From an uncultured Candidatus Saccharibacteria bacterium (lineage in GTDB: Bacteria; Patescibacteriota; Saccharimonadia; Saccharimonadales; Saccharimonadaceae): DNA of 64,000 nt. The notes below the pieces were generated by a model. That model saw only the letters and a list, made by a program, of their open reading frames with translations. It was not told the DNA's origin and made no database searches. Shown here piece by piece: positions 8,852 to 19,090 of this stretch; the stretch's first letter is position 1, and every line of letters starts with the position of its first letter. The stretch covers positions 6,654-70,653 of the forward strand of contig CALHKE010000018.1 in assembly GCA_938033695.1 (NCBI GenBank), given 5' to 3'. The position numbers and the translations under genes are program-made.

Positions 8852-10704
8852 CCCTTCGCTTCTTCATACATTTGGCCAAAATCCACTCCCAATTGATTTT
8901 TCGCAAATAAAAACACCCCTAAATCATTCGGCGCAAAATCTTTTGGCAGCTTCCCTGAAGCTAAATTTGCCAAATCTTCCACCCCTAGCACCTGCCCTAA
9001 ATGCGTTTCGAGATCCGCCTTCAATTTCACACCTCCACCCTGCCCCATAATCGCTTCCGACAGGGAAACAAAGGTATCATTAAAATCTTCCGAAGATTCC
9101 GCGAGCGCCGTCAACTCACCAAGACTCACTTCTTTCACTTCACCGTTATAAATCGCCTCAATGCGTTCCTGTTTTCTTAAATTCTCCGCCAGAAAATCCT
9201 CCACCGATTCGCCCGCCCCTTCGAAATTACCCCAATCGCCCCAATCGTCATCATCGTCCTCATCGAATTCTCGCGCCACAATCACTTCTTCAATTGGTCG
9301 ACCATTCACTTCGGAAAGCCCCTTTTCACGAAGCCCCTCAAGCAATTCATCGCGGTCCAGCTCATCCACCTCTATCGCTTCAATATATTCCGCCCCGATA
9401 CCCGTACGAAACATTTGCTCATTGTCTGCCGAATAGTGTTTTAAATCACCCATGGTGCGCTGAAAAATCTCCTCCGGTGCCAATCTCCCCGCAAAGTGCG
9501 CCTCATTCGTCGAACCATAAGAGTCCACATTATAGGCATACCAATCCGTACGATCAAAAATTTCCGGCTTCAATACCACCGCATGATTCTGAATTTTACT
9601 GCGTTGCTCTGCATTCATAATCCTGGTAAATACATTGTCCGCACCCCCCGAATCGATATCCAGTACCGAAGAAATTCCATTCTTCACCACTCCCCGGCTG
9701 AACCGCTCAGTCGTACTCATCAAACCCGTAGTTAATACTCGATAAACCGAGTCCACACTCATCGAATTTAGCATATGTACCGCTCGTACATCCTCACCAT
9801 ACTTGGCCAGATATTCTTCATGTTTTCCATCTTCCACATAGGTAGAGTAACCCGAAAAAACCTCACGGCGCGTCAATTTTTCTGCACGCTCAAGCTGTTC
9901 CGCATCGAGGTTTTCTAACTTATATTGCCACTTCAGTCTCGCTATCTTATAATCGCGTTCCGCCCTCTCCGAAACTTCACCTAGAGCATCTTCTACCCCT
10001 AAGTCCTGCCTAAAAATCTCATCTAGCGTCTGCTGCGCCACTGTCTCATCCATCGCCTTTGGCACTTCCATTTGCACCAAACCAATCGCCGCTCGTACTA
10101 GATTACTAGTATTGCGCTTCCTAGAAACTACTCCATCACCCAGTTCGCGTGCGCTGGCATCCGCCAAAGACACCTTAATCCCATTTTTCTCAAACACCAG
10201 GGCATCACACAAACGAAATTCACGCTTCGATTCTAAATCATGATAAGTAATTTCTCCGAGGCGCACCGAAGTACCACTTTTAAGCTCCGCCACGCCGTCT
10301 TTTTCGCGTGATTCGGTACGTAATTTCTGCCCCAATTCTGAAATTTCTGTCAAAGGTTCACGCAACTTAAATCGGTACTCCAAAGTCTGATTTTCCAAAT
10401 TTTCCACCACATCCACTCGCTGGTTTTCGATATGGTCACGGTCACAAATAATCTCATGCCTCTCTCGGATCAAATATTCTTGACTATGTTCCTTCTCTAT
10501 ATCTGATAGCAATTTTTCCTTGCAATCTAAAATCCCCTCAAGGTCAAAATCACTCACAGATTCAACCTGCCCTACTTCAGCTTTCACCTTTTTCTCCCCC
10601 AAGAATTCCACCCCCTTTAGCGCCTGCATCAACTTCAGGTAATTATCGTTTACCTCCTGCTCTCCCGTTTTTTCCAAACCACTTGGCGCCAAATTATGAT
10701 TCAT
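8839..10704 (-). CDS. hypothetical protein with a putative ADP-ribosyltransferase-fold domain
   Basis: VH..VLTTGLMS..VFTR..NEQMF pattern resembling H/E-type ART folds; acidic linker; TATAAT just upstream of the start. Confidence 0.6.
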   Translation of the reverse strand: MNHNLAPSGLEKTGEQEVNDNYLKLMQALKGVEFLGEKKVKAEVGQVESVSDFDLEGILDCKEKLLSDIEKEHSQEYLIRERHEIICDRDHIENQRVDVVENLENQTLEYRFKLREPLTEISELGQKLRTESREKDGVAELKSGTSVRLGEITYHDLESKREFRLCDALVFEKNGIKVSLADASARELGDGVVSRKRNTSNLVRAAIGLVQMEVPKAMDETVAQQTLDEIFRQDLGVEDALGEVSERAERDYKIARLKWQYKLENLDAEQLERAEKLTRREVFSGYSTYVEDGKHEEYLAKYGEDVRAVHMLNSMSVDSVYRVLTTGLMSTTERFSRGVVKNGISSVLDIDSGGADNVFTRIMNAEQRSKIQNHAVVLKPEIFDRTDWYAYNVDSYGSTNEAHFAGRLAPEEIFQRTMGDLKHYSADNEQMFRTGIGAEYIEAIEVDELDRDELLEGLREKGLSEVNGRPIEEVIVAREFDEDDDDDWGDWGNFEGAGESVEDFLAENLRKQERIEAIYNGEVKEVSLGELTALAESSEDFNDTFVSLSEAIMGQGGGVKLKADLETHLGQVLGVEDLANLASGKLPKDFAPNDLGVFLFAKNQLGVDFGQMYEEAKGWMV

Positions 10705-10878
10705 TCTTCCATTATACTATAAGCTTATGCTTCATGAACCCCGCCTCTTCACAAAAAATCATAGCCACCTTTCATGCCCTCCATCTACGCTTATTTTGAC
10801 AAAACAAGCATCTCGTGTGATAATAAATGGAAACTTTGTATCTATTACACGTTCTTTTACAAAATGAAAGGGGAAAAC

Positions 10879-11973
10879 ATGAGTCAAAAATTCCAAATTA
10901 TGTTTCAAATCGCGGAATCTAGTTTCCAGGAACTGCCCAGAGTCTGTCGTACGCCCGCCTACGTCAAGCGCTATCTTGACCTACATGATGCGCTTTACGC
11001 TGCCATGACACTTGCCCGCACCAAAGCGGAGCGTGGCAGAGTTTATCGAATTTCACAAACCATCTGGTCTGAACTTCTCGCGGCCGGCGCCAACCCCAGC
11101 GAGGTTAGGGAACTACTTAGTCCCAGCTATATCTGGCGTCACTACGACAGAGTCAAAGCCTCTAAGGTCCATGTCGATTCTTATGAATTAATGTATCAGT
11201 TAATTCAAACTAAAGGCCGTGGTTTTATCCTGAGAAACCTCAAAAAATTTCAGCAACGCGGTATCGATATCGACACTATTGCCATGAACTGCTACCGGAT
11301 AGAAACTAAACATGATCTCGAAGTTCAATGCGCCGAAATGCGCGTCCTCGGGGTCAACCTCACGACGATTTTCGTGATGGCCAACCAGCTCCTCGTCAAG
11401 GAATCTCCAAAACCTGCTAATGTTTACTGCCTACTCTATTTTTTCTATCAGCAGAATCTTTCACCTGGCCTCATTGCCGCCTGGATTAAAGATCACTGCA
11501 ATCCAAAAATACTCGACAGTATTATGGCCGCTGACCCGCTCGATTGGACCATCTTCGGTATCAATCTCGACGATTATCGACCAATTTGGGTTCAAACCCA
11601 CTGGGAACATTTTATCTCAATAGAACCTGACCTCAAAAAGTTACCACCCACTATCACCATCACTCAGTTTTTTGAATATCTTCTTTTTCGGCAGATTTAC
11701 CTTGATACTCGGAGTAATTCTAATAATTTTGAGAATTTTCTTACCAAAAATTATCTCGCCTCTGGTGGAGCAATTGATTTGCTAGCTGATAAATTTGAAC
11801 ATGAAGATTTCTTCTGCCCACCAGAGGATAAACTTGAAATTGGCGTTACCTTGCTTAAATACGGTGCCACCAATATTAATCGGGAAAAACTTATAGAACT
11901 CTTTAATCGATGCGATTTATCGAAAAATAAACGCATCAAATACGGTAAAGTCCTCAATCAGAAAGAAATCTAA
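10879..11973 (+). CDS. ORFan paralog family A, member 1
   Basis: ATG after AAAGGGG; shares W..GI....Y..W and NYLASGGAID motifs with 13498 and 15903. Confidence 0.75.
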   Translation: MSQKFQIMFQIAESSFQELPRVCRTPAYVKRYLDLHDALYAAMTLARTKAERGRVYRISQTIWSELLAAGANPSEVRELLSPSYIWRHYDRVKASKVHVDSYELMYQLIQTKGRGFILRNLKKFQQRGIDIDTIAMNCYRIETKHDLEVQCAEMRVLGVNLTTIFVMANQLLVKESPKPANVYCLLYFFYQQNLSPGLIAAWIKDHCNPKILDSIMAADPLDWTIFGINLDDYRPIWVQTHWEHFISIEPDLKKLPPTITITQFFEYLLFRQIYLDTRSNSNNFENFLTKNYLASGGAIDLLADKFEHEDFFCPPEDKLEIGVTLLKYGATNINREKLIELFNRCDLSKNKRIKYGKVLNQKEI

Positions 11974-12107
11974 ATCTCAGATTCTCTAAGATCAACTTTT
12001 CTAATCTTCGATTTCTTATCCTCTTTCATCACTCAAAAATCCTCGGTTCGCCGGGGATTTTTTCATAAAAAAGGCTCGGAATAAATCCGAGCCTAAAAGT
12101 AAATGTA

Positions 12108-12458
12108 TTATAAGTCACGTGCAGAAGATAGCCCCCTAAAACCGATCAGCATCCCCTCGTCATCCGCAACTGGAAACACTGGTAAATATAGATCGTCAAT
12201 GGTTCGACCGAGATCCTTGGCCGCCCGCACCACAGTTGGTTTTACGATATAGAACACCCCCTCTTCATAACTTGGCAGACCCACCATCTTCGAGAACGTA
12301 ATTTGGAAAATTGGCACCACTCCAATATGCTCACGTAGCATACTTTTTGCCTCAATTTCAATCGCCCCTTCTTCTGGTTGGTATGTCGTTAGTATTTCAT
12401 CATTGTCATCCAAAATTCGGCAGACATGTGATAAGTAATTTTTAATCATCTCCCCCAC
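12108..12458 (-). CDS. hypothetical protein (GLP.EEGVFYIV...DDL.LP...DDEG.LIG type)
   Basis: ORF with SD AAAGGTGGGG (likely ATG at 12449) and terminator at 12066-12097. Confidence 0.65.
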   Translation of the reverse strand: MGEMIKNYLSHVCRILDDNDEILTTYQPEEGAIEIEAKSMLREHIGVVPIFQITFSKMVGLPSYEEGVFYIVKPTVVRAAKDLGRTIDDLYLPVFPVADDEGMLIGFRGLSSARDL

Positions 12459-12530
12459 CTTTCTAAGTATTAAACTTATAAAATCAAAAAACTACTGACG
12501 TCGAGAATAGTTGGTGCATCCAAGCATCAT

Positions 12531-12911
12531 CTAAAACCTCATTGGCTTTAATCTCAGTACCCCTGTTCGAAGCTTCGCATTGTAATCCATCGAAAAACGA
12601 AAATTTCGATAAGCATTACATTTGTTCATCGGAGATTTCACATCCGCATCGCAAGTTCCCTGAATATTAAAATCATACCCAGTGCGATCAGTGTGAACCA
12701 CCCCCATGATTTGCAGATTTTTAAGTGCCATAAAATCTCGAGTCGTTCCACCAGCCGGATTTTCCCGTTTTGCGAAAACTACCTTAAATTCCAGATCAAT
12801 CGACATATTCTGATCAAAAGCATACATATTTGCAATATGAATGCGATCCCTACTTGGTCCATTCATTACTTCAAAAGCCAATGAATCACCGTTTCTTACT
12901 TCACTGTGCAT
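12531..12911 (-). CDS. ORFan paralog family B, member 1
   Basis: ATG after AGGAGG; aligns by eye with 18469..18921 (GP..EF.V..QI..G.C.AD..Y..K.RTG). Confidence 0.7.
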   Translation of the reverse strand: MHSEVRNGDSLAFEVMNGPSRDRIHIANMYAFDQNMSIDLEFKVVFAKRENPAGGTTRDFMALKNLQIMGVVHTDRTGYDFNIQGTCDADVKSPMNKCNAYRNFRFSMDYNAKLRTGVLRLKPMRF

Positions 12912-13056
12912 ACAACACCTCCTGTAAAAGAACCACCTCGGCATACGTTACGAGGTCAACCACTTAGCGATAATGCTAATCAACATATTTTAACATACTT
13001 ATGCTAATGTGTCAATGTAAACTACATCGCCTGCCAAATCTCGCAAGTGCAAAACC

Positions 13057-13151
13057 TTGACAAACCCCAGATACTCTGCCATAATATAGCCGTTAAACTC
13101 ATGTTTAGCTCGCGCAAATTTTTGCGAGCTCTTTAAAAGAAAGGGGAATTG
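13057..13151 (+). promoter_or_regulatory. promoter and leader duplicated at 15812-15898, with boxA GCTCTTTAAAA
   Basis: TTGACA-17-CATAAT; TAAAC..GTTTA and AGCTCGC..GCGAGCT hairpins shared by both copies. Confidence 0.75.
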
Positions 13152-13153
13152 TT

Positions 13154-13483
13154 ATGGAAGAAAAAGAATTTGTCCATGATCCAAGGTACAAAACGCGTGG
13201 TATCTATCATCATTTCGAGGGAGAATCCTATCTCCTCATCGATACTGCCATCAATGAGGACACCGGAGAAAGAGTAGTAGTTTATTTGGCGCTTTATGAC
13301 AATCTTCAACTCCATGTTCGTTCGTACGAGAAGTTCTTTGAGGAATTGGATCCGGTCAAGTATCCTAACGCCAAGCAGAAACATCGTTTTGAACTACTGG
13401 ATGTTAGTGATTTTGACTACAATGTCTTCAAGAAGCAGCCGTCTCATAAGTACCAATACGTCGGCTTATTATTCAATGATTAA
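13154..13483 (+). CDS. DUF1653-like protein
   Basis: GIYHHFEG..Y, ETGE-like EDTGERVVVYLALY, VRSY..F, KYP..KQKHRFE. Confidence 0.85.
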   Translation: MEEKEFVHDPRYKTRGIYHHFEGESYLLIDTAINEDTGERVVVYLALYDNLQLHVRSYEKFFEELDPVKYPNAKQKHRFELLDVSDFDYNVFKKQPSHKYQYVGLLFND

Positions 13484-13497
13484 TTCAAGGAGGGTAT

Positions 13498-14601
13498 ATG
13501 AATATCATTAACAAATTACACATCTTAAAGGACACTGCATCACTCACCTATGAAAAATTAAGTCAGAATTTCTGGTGTGGCACTTTCCAAGCTTTACAAA
13601 AATGCATTCAGGAATCAGAAGACGAGAAAAAATTAAGTTCAGCCTACAGTTTTTTGGCCAAGCATTGGCCTAAAATGCATGATGCTGGCGTCGACCTAAA
13701 GGAAATTGTTCAAGTTTTATATCCACTAGATATTATTGAGCAATTCGAAGCACTCCAAGATGCCGGTGCACACTTAGATATTGATCAAATTGTCCGCTCT
13801 ATTCCTGGAGGACACGGTAAGATAGACCTACATCGCCTTCATTCCTTGGGCGCAGATATGGACTTAATTGCAATTCATGATGATAGTCTCGAGCCCTGTT
13901 CGTTCGACGAGATTAACGACCTGATCATTAATGGCGTTTCTGTCCAAGTCACATTTGACTTATCTGAAAGTCTCATCTTAGGTAGTGCGGAATATCCAGA
14001 TACCTTATTTAAGATACTCTATTTCTTTTACTCTCATGGTATTGATTCATGGAAAATTCGCGAAATGATCAATAAAATCATTCCAGTAAAGTTCATCGAT
14101 GAGTCAAGTCTGCTATATATTGCTGACCTTATCGACGACATTATTGAGGACCCGTCCAATAGGTGGCCTGTTATTGGTATTAAACCTAAAGAATACTCCA
14201 AGCCTTGGATTTACCTTCACTGTGACGATTATCTCGGCATAAAGCCTGAAAAAACTCTAGCAAATCTGCCGAAAGCCATCTCTATACGCGATTTCATTCA
14301 CTTTACTGGACTTCCGTATATTATAAGCAAAGTTAATTACCATGGTCTAACCCTCAAAGATTTTATCGATCTCAATTATCTGCCAGCTGGGGGTGACATT
14401 GAAGAATTAACCAAAGAAGCCAACTACGCGAGATTGCAGTATGAAGACCCAATCGATTGGCTTACCCTAGCTTACCTCAGCGACTCGGGTAGTAAATTAG
14501 TTAATCGAAAAATGCTACTTGAGTACGGTGACCCATCACGCTACAATGCGATAGACTATGATTTTGCCAAAAAATTCATGGAGAATAACTCAGATCACTA
14601 G
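13498..14601 (+). CDS. ORFan paralog family A, member 2
   Basis: clear similarity to 15903 (DEINDLIINGVSVQ, AEYPD.LFKIL.FFY, LPAGGDIE). Confidence 0.8.
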   Translation: MNIINKLHILKDTASLTYEKLSQNFWCGTFQALQKCIQESEDEKKLSSAYSFLAKHWPKMHDAGVDLKEIVQVLYPLDIIEQFEALQDAGAHLDIDQIVRSIPGGHGKIDLHRLHSLGADMDLIAIHDDSLEPCSFDEINDLIINGVSVQVTFDLSESLILGSAEYPDTLFKILYFFYSHGIDSWKIREMINKIIPVKFIDESSLLYIADLIDDIIEDPSNRWPVIGIKPKEYSKPWIYLHCDDYLGIKPEKTLANLPKAISIRDFIHFTGLPYIISKVNYHGLTLKDFIDLNYLPAGGDIEELTKEANYARLQYEDPIDWLTLAYLSDSGSKLVNRKMLLEYGDPSRYNAIDYDFAKKFMENNSDH

Positions 14602-14641
14602 TTCCCCAAAAAAACAAGCCTCGGACTTAACCGGGGCTTTT

Positions 14642-15679
14642 TTATGTTAATCTTACTCCCGGAAGATACAAATATCCCTCCATTTTATAGGCCAAATTTT
14701 TTTCAATATAACCCTTTGCAATTTTACAAGCTTTCGACATCCGTTCACTTTGCCATAACGGATCAATATAGCGCACCTTCGCCTGGCAATTCACTACGTA
14801 CACTCCGTCCGGGCATTGCTCAAGACTCTTTGCCTTCTTTATTTTCTTTGCCTTCTGCCAAGCTAAAAAAGCATCACAGTAATCTGAAGCTAAAATCATT
14901 TCAATCACTTCCGATTCCTTCATTTGATATAAATCTGCCACCGAAATCCTTCCAGATTCACTCATTTTCTTCAAAATATCCGCAAGAAACTGCATTGAAT
15001 AACGTGTTCGGTCCTCACGATAAAATATAGATAATTGCGAAGTTAGTTTAACAAATTTTCGTGCGATTTTTTTCGTTTGAAATCCCAATTCTTTGACCCC
15101 ATTTTCGTCTGATTGCACTACTATATCCGCATACATTTCACGGATTTCTGCCAAATCTGCCACCCCGTACGCGAAGAACATATTCGCCAGCGAATATTCC
15201 AAACGATCTGCTGATAACTTCGGCGTATCGTTATCTGCAAGCGGATAAAGATGATAATTGTCCACCTGAGAAATTAAAATACCATCCCGCTTAAGTAGGC
15301 GACTAATCTCCGGCGACCCTGCAATCACCTCTGTCGTCAAATCCTCTGTCGACTCCTGCGCTAGGTGGTCACCATTCATAAAATCTACACAGTGCTTAAA
15401 AACTGGCGTCGCAATATCATGAAAAAGCCCTGCCAAAGTCTGCTTTTTGTCGTGAGTAAAATGCCAAACTATCAACGCTACCCCTACTGCATGGTCTAAA
15501 CTTGAATAGAATCTCTGACTCTCAAATAAATCCGAATAAATCGTTCCGCAAGTGATGCTGATATACTTCTGCTTCTGTAAGACTGGTGTTTTAATATATT
15601 CCTGCAACCATTCTGGAAAATCTGGCTCCAAAATTGCATGGAATTTTCGAATCAATGCTTCTACCTCACACTCTGTCAT
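14642..15679 (-). CDS. HD-domain phosphohydrolase (dNTPase/SAMHD1-like)
   Basis: SSLDHAVGV, AGLFHDIATPVFKH, ADRLEY. Confidence 0.85.
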   Translation of the reverse strand: MTECEVEALIRKFHAILEPDFPEWLQEYIKTPVLQKQKYISITCGTIYSDLFESQRFYSSLDHAVGVALIVWHFTHDKKQTLAGLFHDIATPVFKHCVDFMNGDHLAQESTEDLTTEVIAGSPEISRLLKRDGILISQVDNYHLYPLADNDTPKLSADRLEYSLANMFFAYGVADLAEIREMYADIVVQSDENGVKELGFQTKKIARKFVKLTSQLSIFYREDRTRYSMQFLADILKKMSESGRISVADLYQMKESEVIEMILASDYCDAFLAWQKAKKIKKAKSLEQCPDGVYVVNCQAKVRYIDPLWQSERMSKACKIAKGYIEKNLAYKMEGYLYLPGVRLT

Positions 15680-15902
15680 ATCCTATATTATACTTTATTC
15701 TCTTAGAGGTGGTCAGCAGCTTTGTAATATTTTAATAAGAGTCATTCATTCTCGTCCATTATCACACTTATTGCCTTTTTATTGCAAAGGTCCTGGACTT
15801 TAACGGATATATTGACAAAATATAATCTTAATGCCATAATATATTCGTTAAACTTGAGTTTAGCTCGCGCAGATTTTGCGAGCTCTTTAAAAAGGGGGTA
15901 TC

Positions 15903-16736
15903 ATGAATATTTTTAGAAAAGAAAAGATCGAATCAGACAAGGTAGATTTACAATATCTGCATTCACAAGATGCCGATATGGACCAAATTGCTCGTCACCA
16001 TAATCTCGAGACCCGTTCACTCGACGAGATTAACAACCTGATTATTAATGGCGTTTCTGTACAGACCGCCTTTGAATTATCTGAAGATTATATCTTGAGT
16101 AATGCAGAGTATCCAGATAACCTATTTAAGATACTCAGCTTCTTTTATACTCTTGGTATTACCTCAGAACAAATTCGCAGTATAATCAGTAGGATTATTC
16201 CCACCATGTTTATCGATAAAATAAAACTTTTTTCGATTAAAAGCACTGTCGACGATATCGTCAGTTCTTCGCCTGACAAATGGTCAAGTATTGGTATCGA
16301 GCCTAGTGAGTACGCTAAACCCTGGACACGTCTTAACTACTGTCGTTACCTTAGTCTAGACTCTGGCAAAACTTTGTCTGACCTACCAAAAGCTGTATCG
16401 CTACACGATTTCATCCATAACGTCGGACTTAGGGAAATTGAACGTGAATTCCATTATCAAGACTACACCTTCGATCAGTTTATTCGGAGAAGTTTTTTAC
16501 CAGCTGGCGGTGATATTGAGCAATTAGTTCAAAAATCTTTTTGCGAGAACATAGAATACGAAAACCCAGTAGGATGGCTAATTCTTGCTGCTATCTATGT
16601 TAATGGCGGCAAATTAATCAACAGGTATAAGTTATCTAAATATGCCAATCCAACCAATTACTTCATCGTTGATCTAAAGTTTATCCTAGAGTATTTCCCC
16701 AACATTTTCACGGATAGAGAAAAAGATTTCACTTAA
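15903..16736 (+). CDS. ORFan paralog family A, member 3 (shorter N-terminus)
   Basis: paralog of 13498; leader duplicated from 13057-13146. Confidence 0.8.
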   Translation: MNIFRKEKIESDKVDLQYLHSQDADMDQIARHHNLETRSLDEINNLIINGVSVQTAFELSEDYILSNAEYPDNLFKILSFFYTLGITSEQIRSIISRIIPTMFIDKIKLFSIKSTVDDIVSSSPDKWSSIGIEPSEYAKPWTRLNYCRYLSLDSGKTLSDLPKAVSLHDFIHNVGLREIEREFHYQDYTFDQFIRRSFLPAGGDIEQLVQKSFCENIEYENPVGWLILAAIYVNGGKLINRYKLSKYANPTNYFIVDLKFILEYFPNIFTDREKDFT

Positions 16737-16879
16737 CCTGAAGTTAGTGAATTATCTCTATCTATGAAGCCTCGACTCCCGTCGGGGTTTTTTCTTTGAC
16801 ATAAATTATAAAATATATTATAATATAATTATTGTATTATTTCATACACATTGCACATTTCATACATAGGAGGGGAACT

Positions 16880-17332
16880 ATGACCGAACACATTACTAAC
16901 CGTGGAACCGATTTGATGAAATTTCGTGACCTCGTCGAGGCACATCAAGCGATCTCCACTTCCGCCGCCTGTCGTCAAGAAGCTGCGCTTAAACTAGCCC
17001 TGAAAAAGCTTCAGCAGACAGATGAGATTAAGACCCGTGATAAAATCCTAATCGAACTTCGAAAACTTAGTCAAGGCACTAGCGAGCCAGCCATTATGGC
17101 TTCTGAGTACCTGATTAAGAACGATCCTGGCCACACCAGTATCGATATCTTGAATCTCAAGCCTAGGCCTTATCACTGCCTGAGAAATCGTAATATCAAT
17201 ACTATTCAAGATGTTTTAGCGCTTGACTCAATCGATTGGGGTAGGATTCGTAATCTCGGCAAAGTTTCCATTCAGGAAATCATCCAGGCCATGCATGACC
17301 TAGGTTATGCCGATTTCTATATCCCACATTAA
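16880..17332 (+). CDS. protein with a C-terminal RNA polymerase alpha-CTD-like domain
   Basis: SIDILNLKPRPYHCLRNRNINTIQDV..IRNLGKVSIQEI matches the alphaCTD consensus. Confidence 0.85.
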   Translation: MTEHITNRGTDLMKFRDLVEAHQAISTSAACRQEAALKLALKKLQQTDEIKTRDKILIELRKLSQGTSEPAIMASEYLIKNDPGHTSIDILNLKPRPYHCLRNRNINTIQDVLALDSIDWGRIRNLGKVSIQEIIQAMHDLGYADFYIPH

Positions 17333-17435
17333 TTCAGAAAGCTCCCAAAGTCGGGGGCTTTTCTTTTTTAAAAGATACCTACTGGATCTCAGTTATTCTT
17401 TTTTGACATAACCATTTTCCAAGATGTTACTAGAA

Positions 17436-17567
17436 TTGACTTTTTAAACCTTTTATGTTAAAATATATAGGTTAAGTCATTCCGACTTAATTGGCGATCC
17501 TTCGTATGAAGGACGTTTCAACACACTGAAAAGTGAGCACCTTAAAAGAAGATTTAAAGTTTAAGGT
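17436..17567 (+). promoter_or_regulatory. promoter, structured leader, boxA-like motif (17537-17547) and leader arm (17548-17558)
   Basis: TTGACT-17-TAAAAT; GCACCTTAAAA; GAAGATTTAAA complementary to 18256-18266. Confidence 0.7.
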
Positions 17568-17600
17568 CTTTCATTTTTCTATTTTTAGGAGGGTAAAGAT

Positions 17601-18260
17601 ATGAAATATGAAATTAACATCGTAGAGAAGACAAAAGTTAAATCCGCCAGCCTGCTTGACCACATCTGTCATTTAGGCCTCAGTAAACACACTGAGAGCT
17701 ACCTCAGCAACAAATTCGGCACCACGAGTGAACTGCTCTGGAAGGTTCGCCACGAAGCATACCTTAGAGAGCATCATCCAGAAAACAGCAGTTATCTCGA
17801 GAAGCCACTTTGGGATGCCTTGGTCGCTTTTGATCGTGCCGGCTACATTCGACACGACATTAAGCCCGAGGATTTTATTCTCAATCGACTTCGTAGACTG
17901 GCCAAATCCGAGCAATATCAAGCCTGGAATTGCGCTGCTGATCTCGAAGATTTTTGCGAAGTTCGTCCAGAACAGGGAAGTTCCGATCAATCTGACTTCG
18001 CTTATGGTAACCAAAGGTATGAAAATTTCACACCACTCACCGAAAAACAGCGTGAGGAAATTCGGCAGATTCTAAAAGATGTTATTCCTGACGAGTTGAC
18101 TTACCGGATTATTTGTTTTCGGTATTCGCTCGGAGATGGTAAATGTCATACTACCGCCGAGGCCGCGTCGATACTTAATCGTAAGATTAGCAAAATCCGT
18201 GGTCTAATGAAGAAAGCCTATTTCTATATTAATGGCTGCGATCTTTTCGACATTATTTAA
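17601..18260 (+). CDS. alphaCTD-like N-terminus plus sigma70 region 4 HTH protein
   Basis: ICHLGLSKHTESYL; C-terminal IICFRYSLGDGKCHTTAEAASILN..KIRGLMKKA. Confidence 0.7.
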   Translation: MKYEINIVEKTKVKSASLLDHICHLGLSKHTESYLSNKFGTTSELLWKVRHEAYLREHHPENSSYLEKPLWDALVAFDRAGYIRHDIKPEDFILNRLRRLAKSEQYQAWNCAADLEDFCEVRPEQGSSDQSDFAYGNQRYENFTPLTEKQREEIRQILKDVIPDELTYRIICFRYSLGDGKCHTTAEAASILNRKISKIRGLMKKAYFYINGCDLFDII

Positions 18261-18468
18261 ATCTTCGAAACCCCGCCTCATCGCGGGGTTTTCTCTTGTT
18301 TAAAAAACCTACTTTCGTTGCGGGGTTTTCTGTTATTAAAATTTCCCACCATAGAGCATATTACTTATTTTTATAAAAACCATCCATGTAAGAAATCTTT
18401 ATTTTTCACATAAAAAAGACTGCTTAATCTCTAAGCAGTCAAAAGATTGAAAAGGTAATAAAACAAAG

Positions 18469-18921
18469 TTATTCATTTCCAGCATTACTAATTAAATTAC
18501 GGTTTCGTATTAAGCCATATTTCGTAAAGCTAATACTACCCGTGCGTCTTTTGACATCATAGTTCGCATCGAATTCATACTTAGTATAAACCGCTTTTTC
18601 CTCGCAAGCACTAGATAAGTCAGCCAAACATCTTCCAATTACTTTTACGTAATCATAAGAAAGGCCAGAATATTTCAGTTCTAGGATTTGAAAATCCTTC
18701 ACCAGAAGAAGCTCTTCTCCCTGCGCATAACATTTATTCGCCTGGAATTTTCCGGTCTCCACCTGGAATTCGATGCGCATTAGCTCATTATCATGAGCTA
18801 ACTTAAACCCCTCTAAAAGCTCCGACAGATATGGTCCATCTTTAATCCGATAGACCCTCGCGTCGCAATTTTCGTCGATCGACAAGCCTTTGTTTTCATT
18901 GCCATTTTCATTGATACCCAT
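18469..18921 (-). CDS. ORFan paralog family B, member 2
   Basis: ATG at 18921 after AAAGGAG; paralog of 12531..12911. Confidence 0.7.
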   Translation of the reverse strand: MGINENGNENKGLSIDENCDARVYRIKDGPYLSELLEGFKLAHDNELMRIEFQVETGKFQANKCYAQGEELLLVKDFQILELKYSGLSYDYVKVIGRCLADLSSACEEKAVYTKYEFDANYDVKRRTGSISFTKYGLIRNRNLISNAGNE

Positions 18922-19090
18922 ACCGATATCTCCTTTCAAAGAACTATCCCCCTCGGGACAACCAGCATGATTCACTATTGAATCAATATTCATATTTTAA
19001 CATAAGAATAAAAGAAAGTCAAGGGACAAAAACCGAACAGAAAACTTAGTTGGTTTCACCCAATTTCAACACCTCCACCCCTGTTATTCA

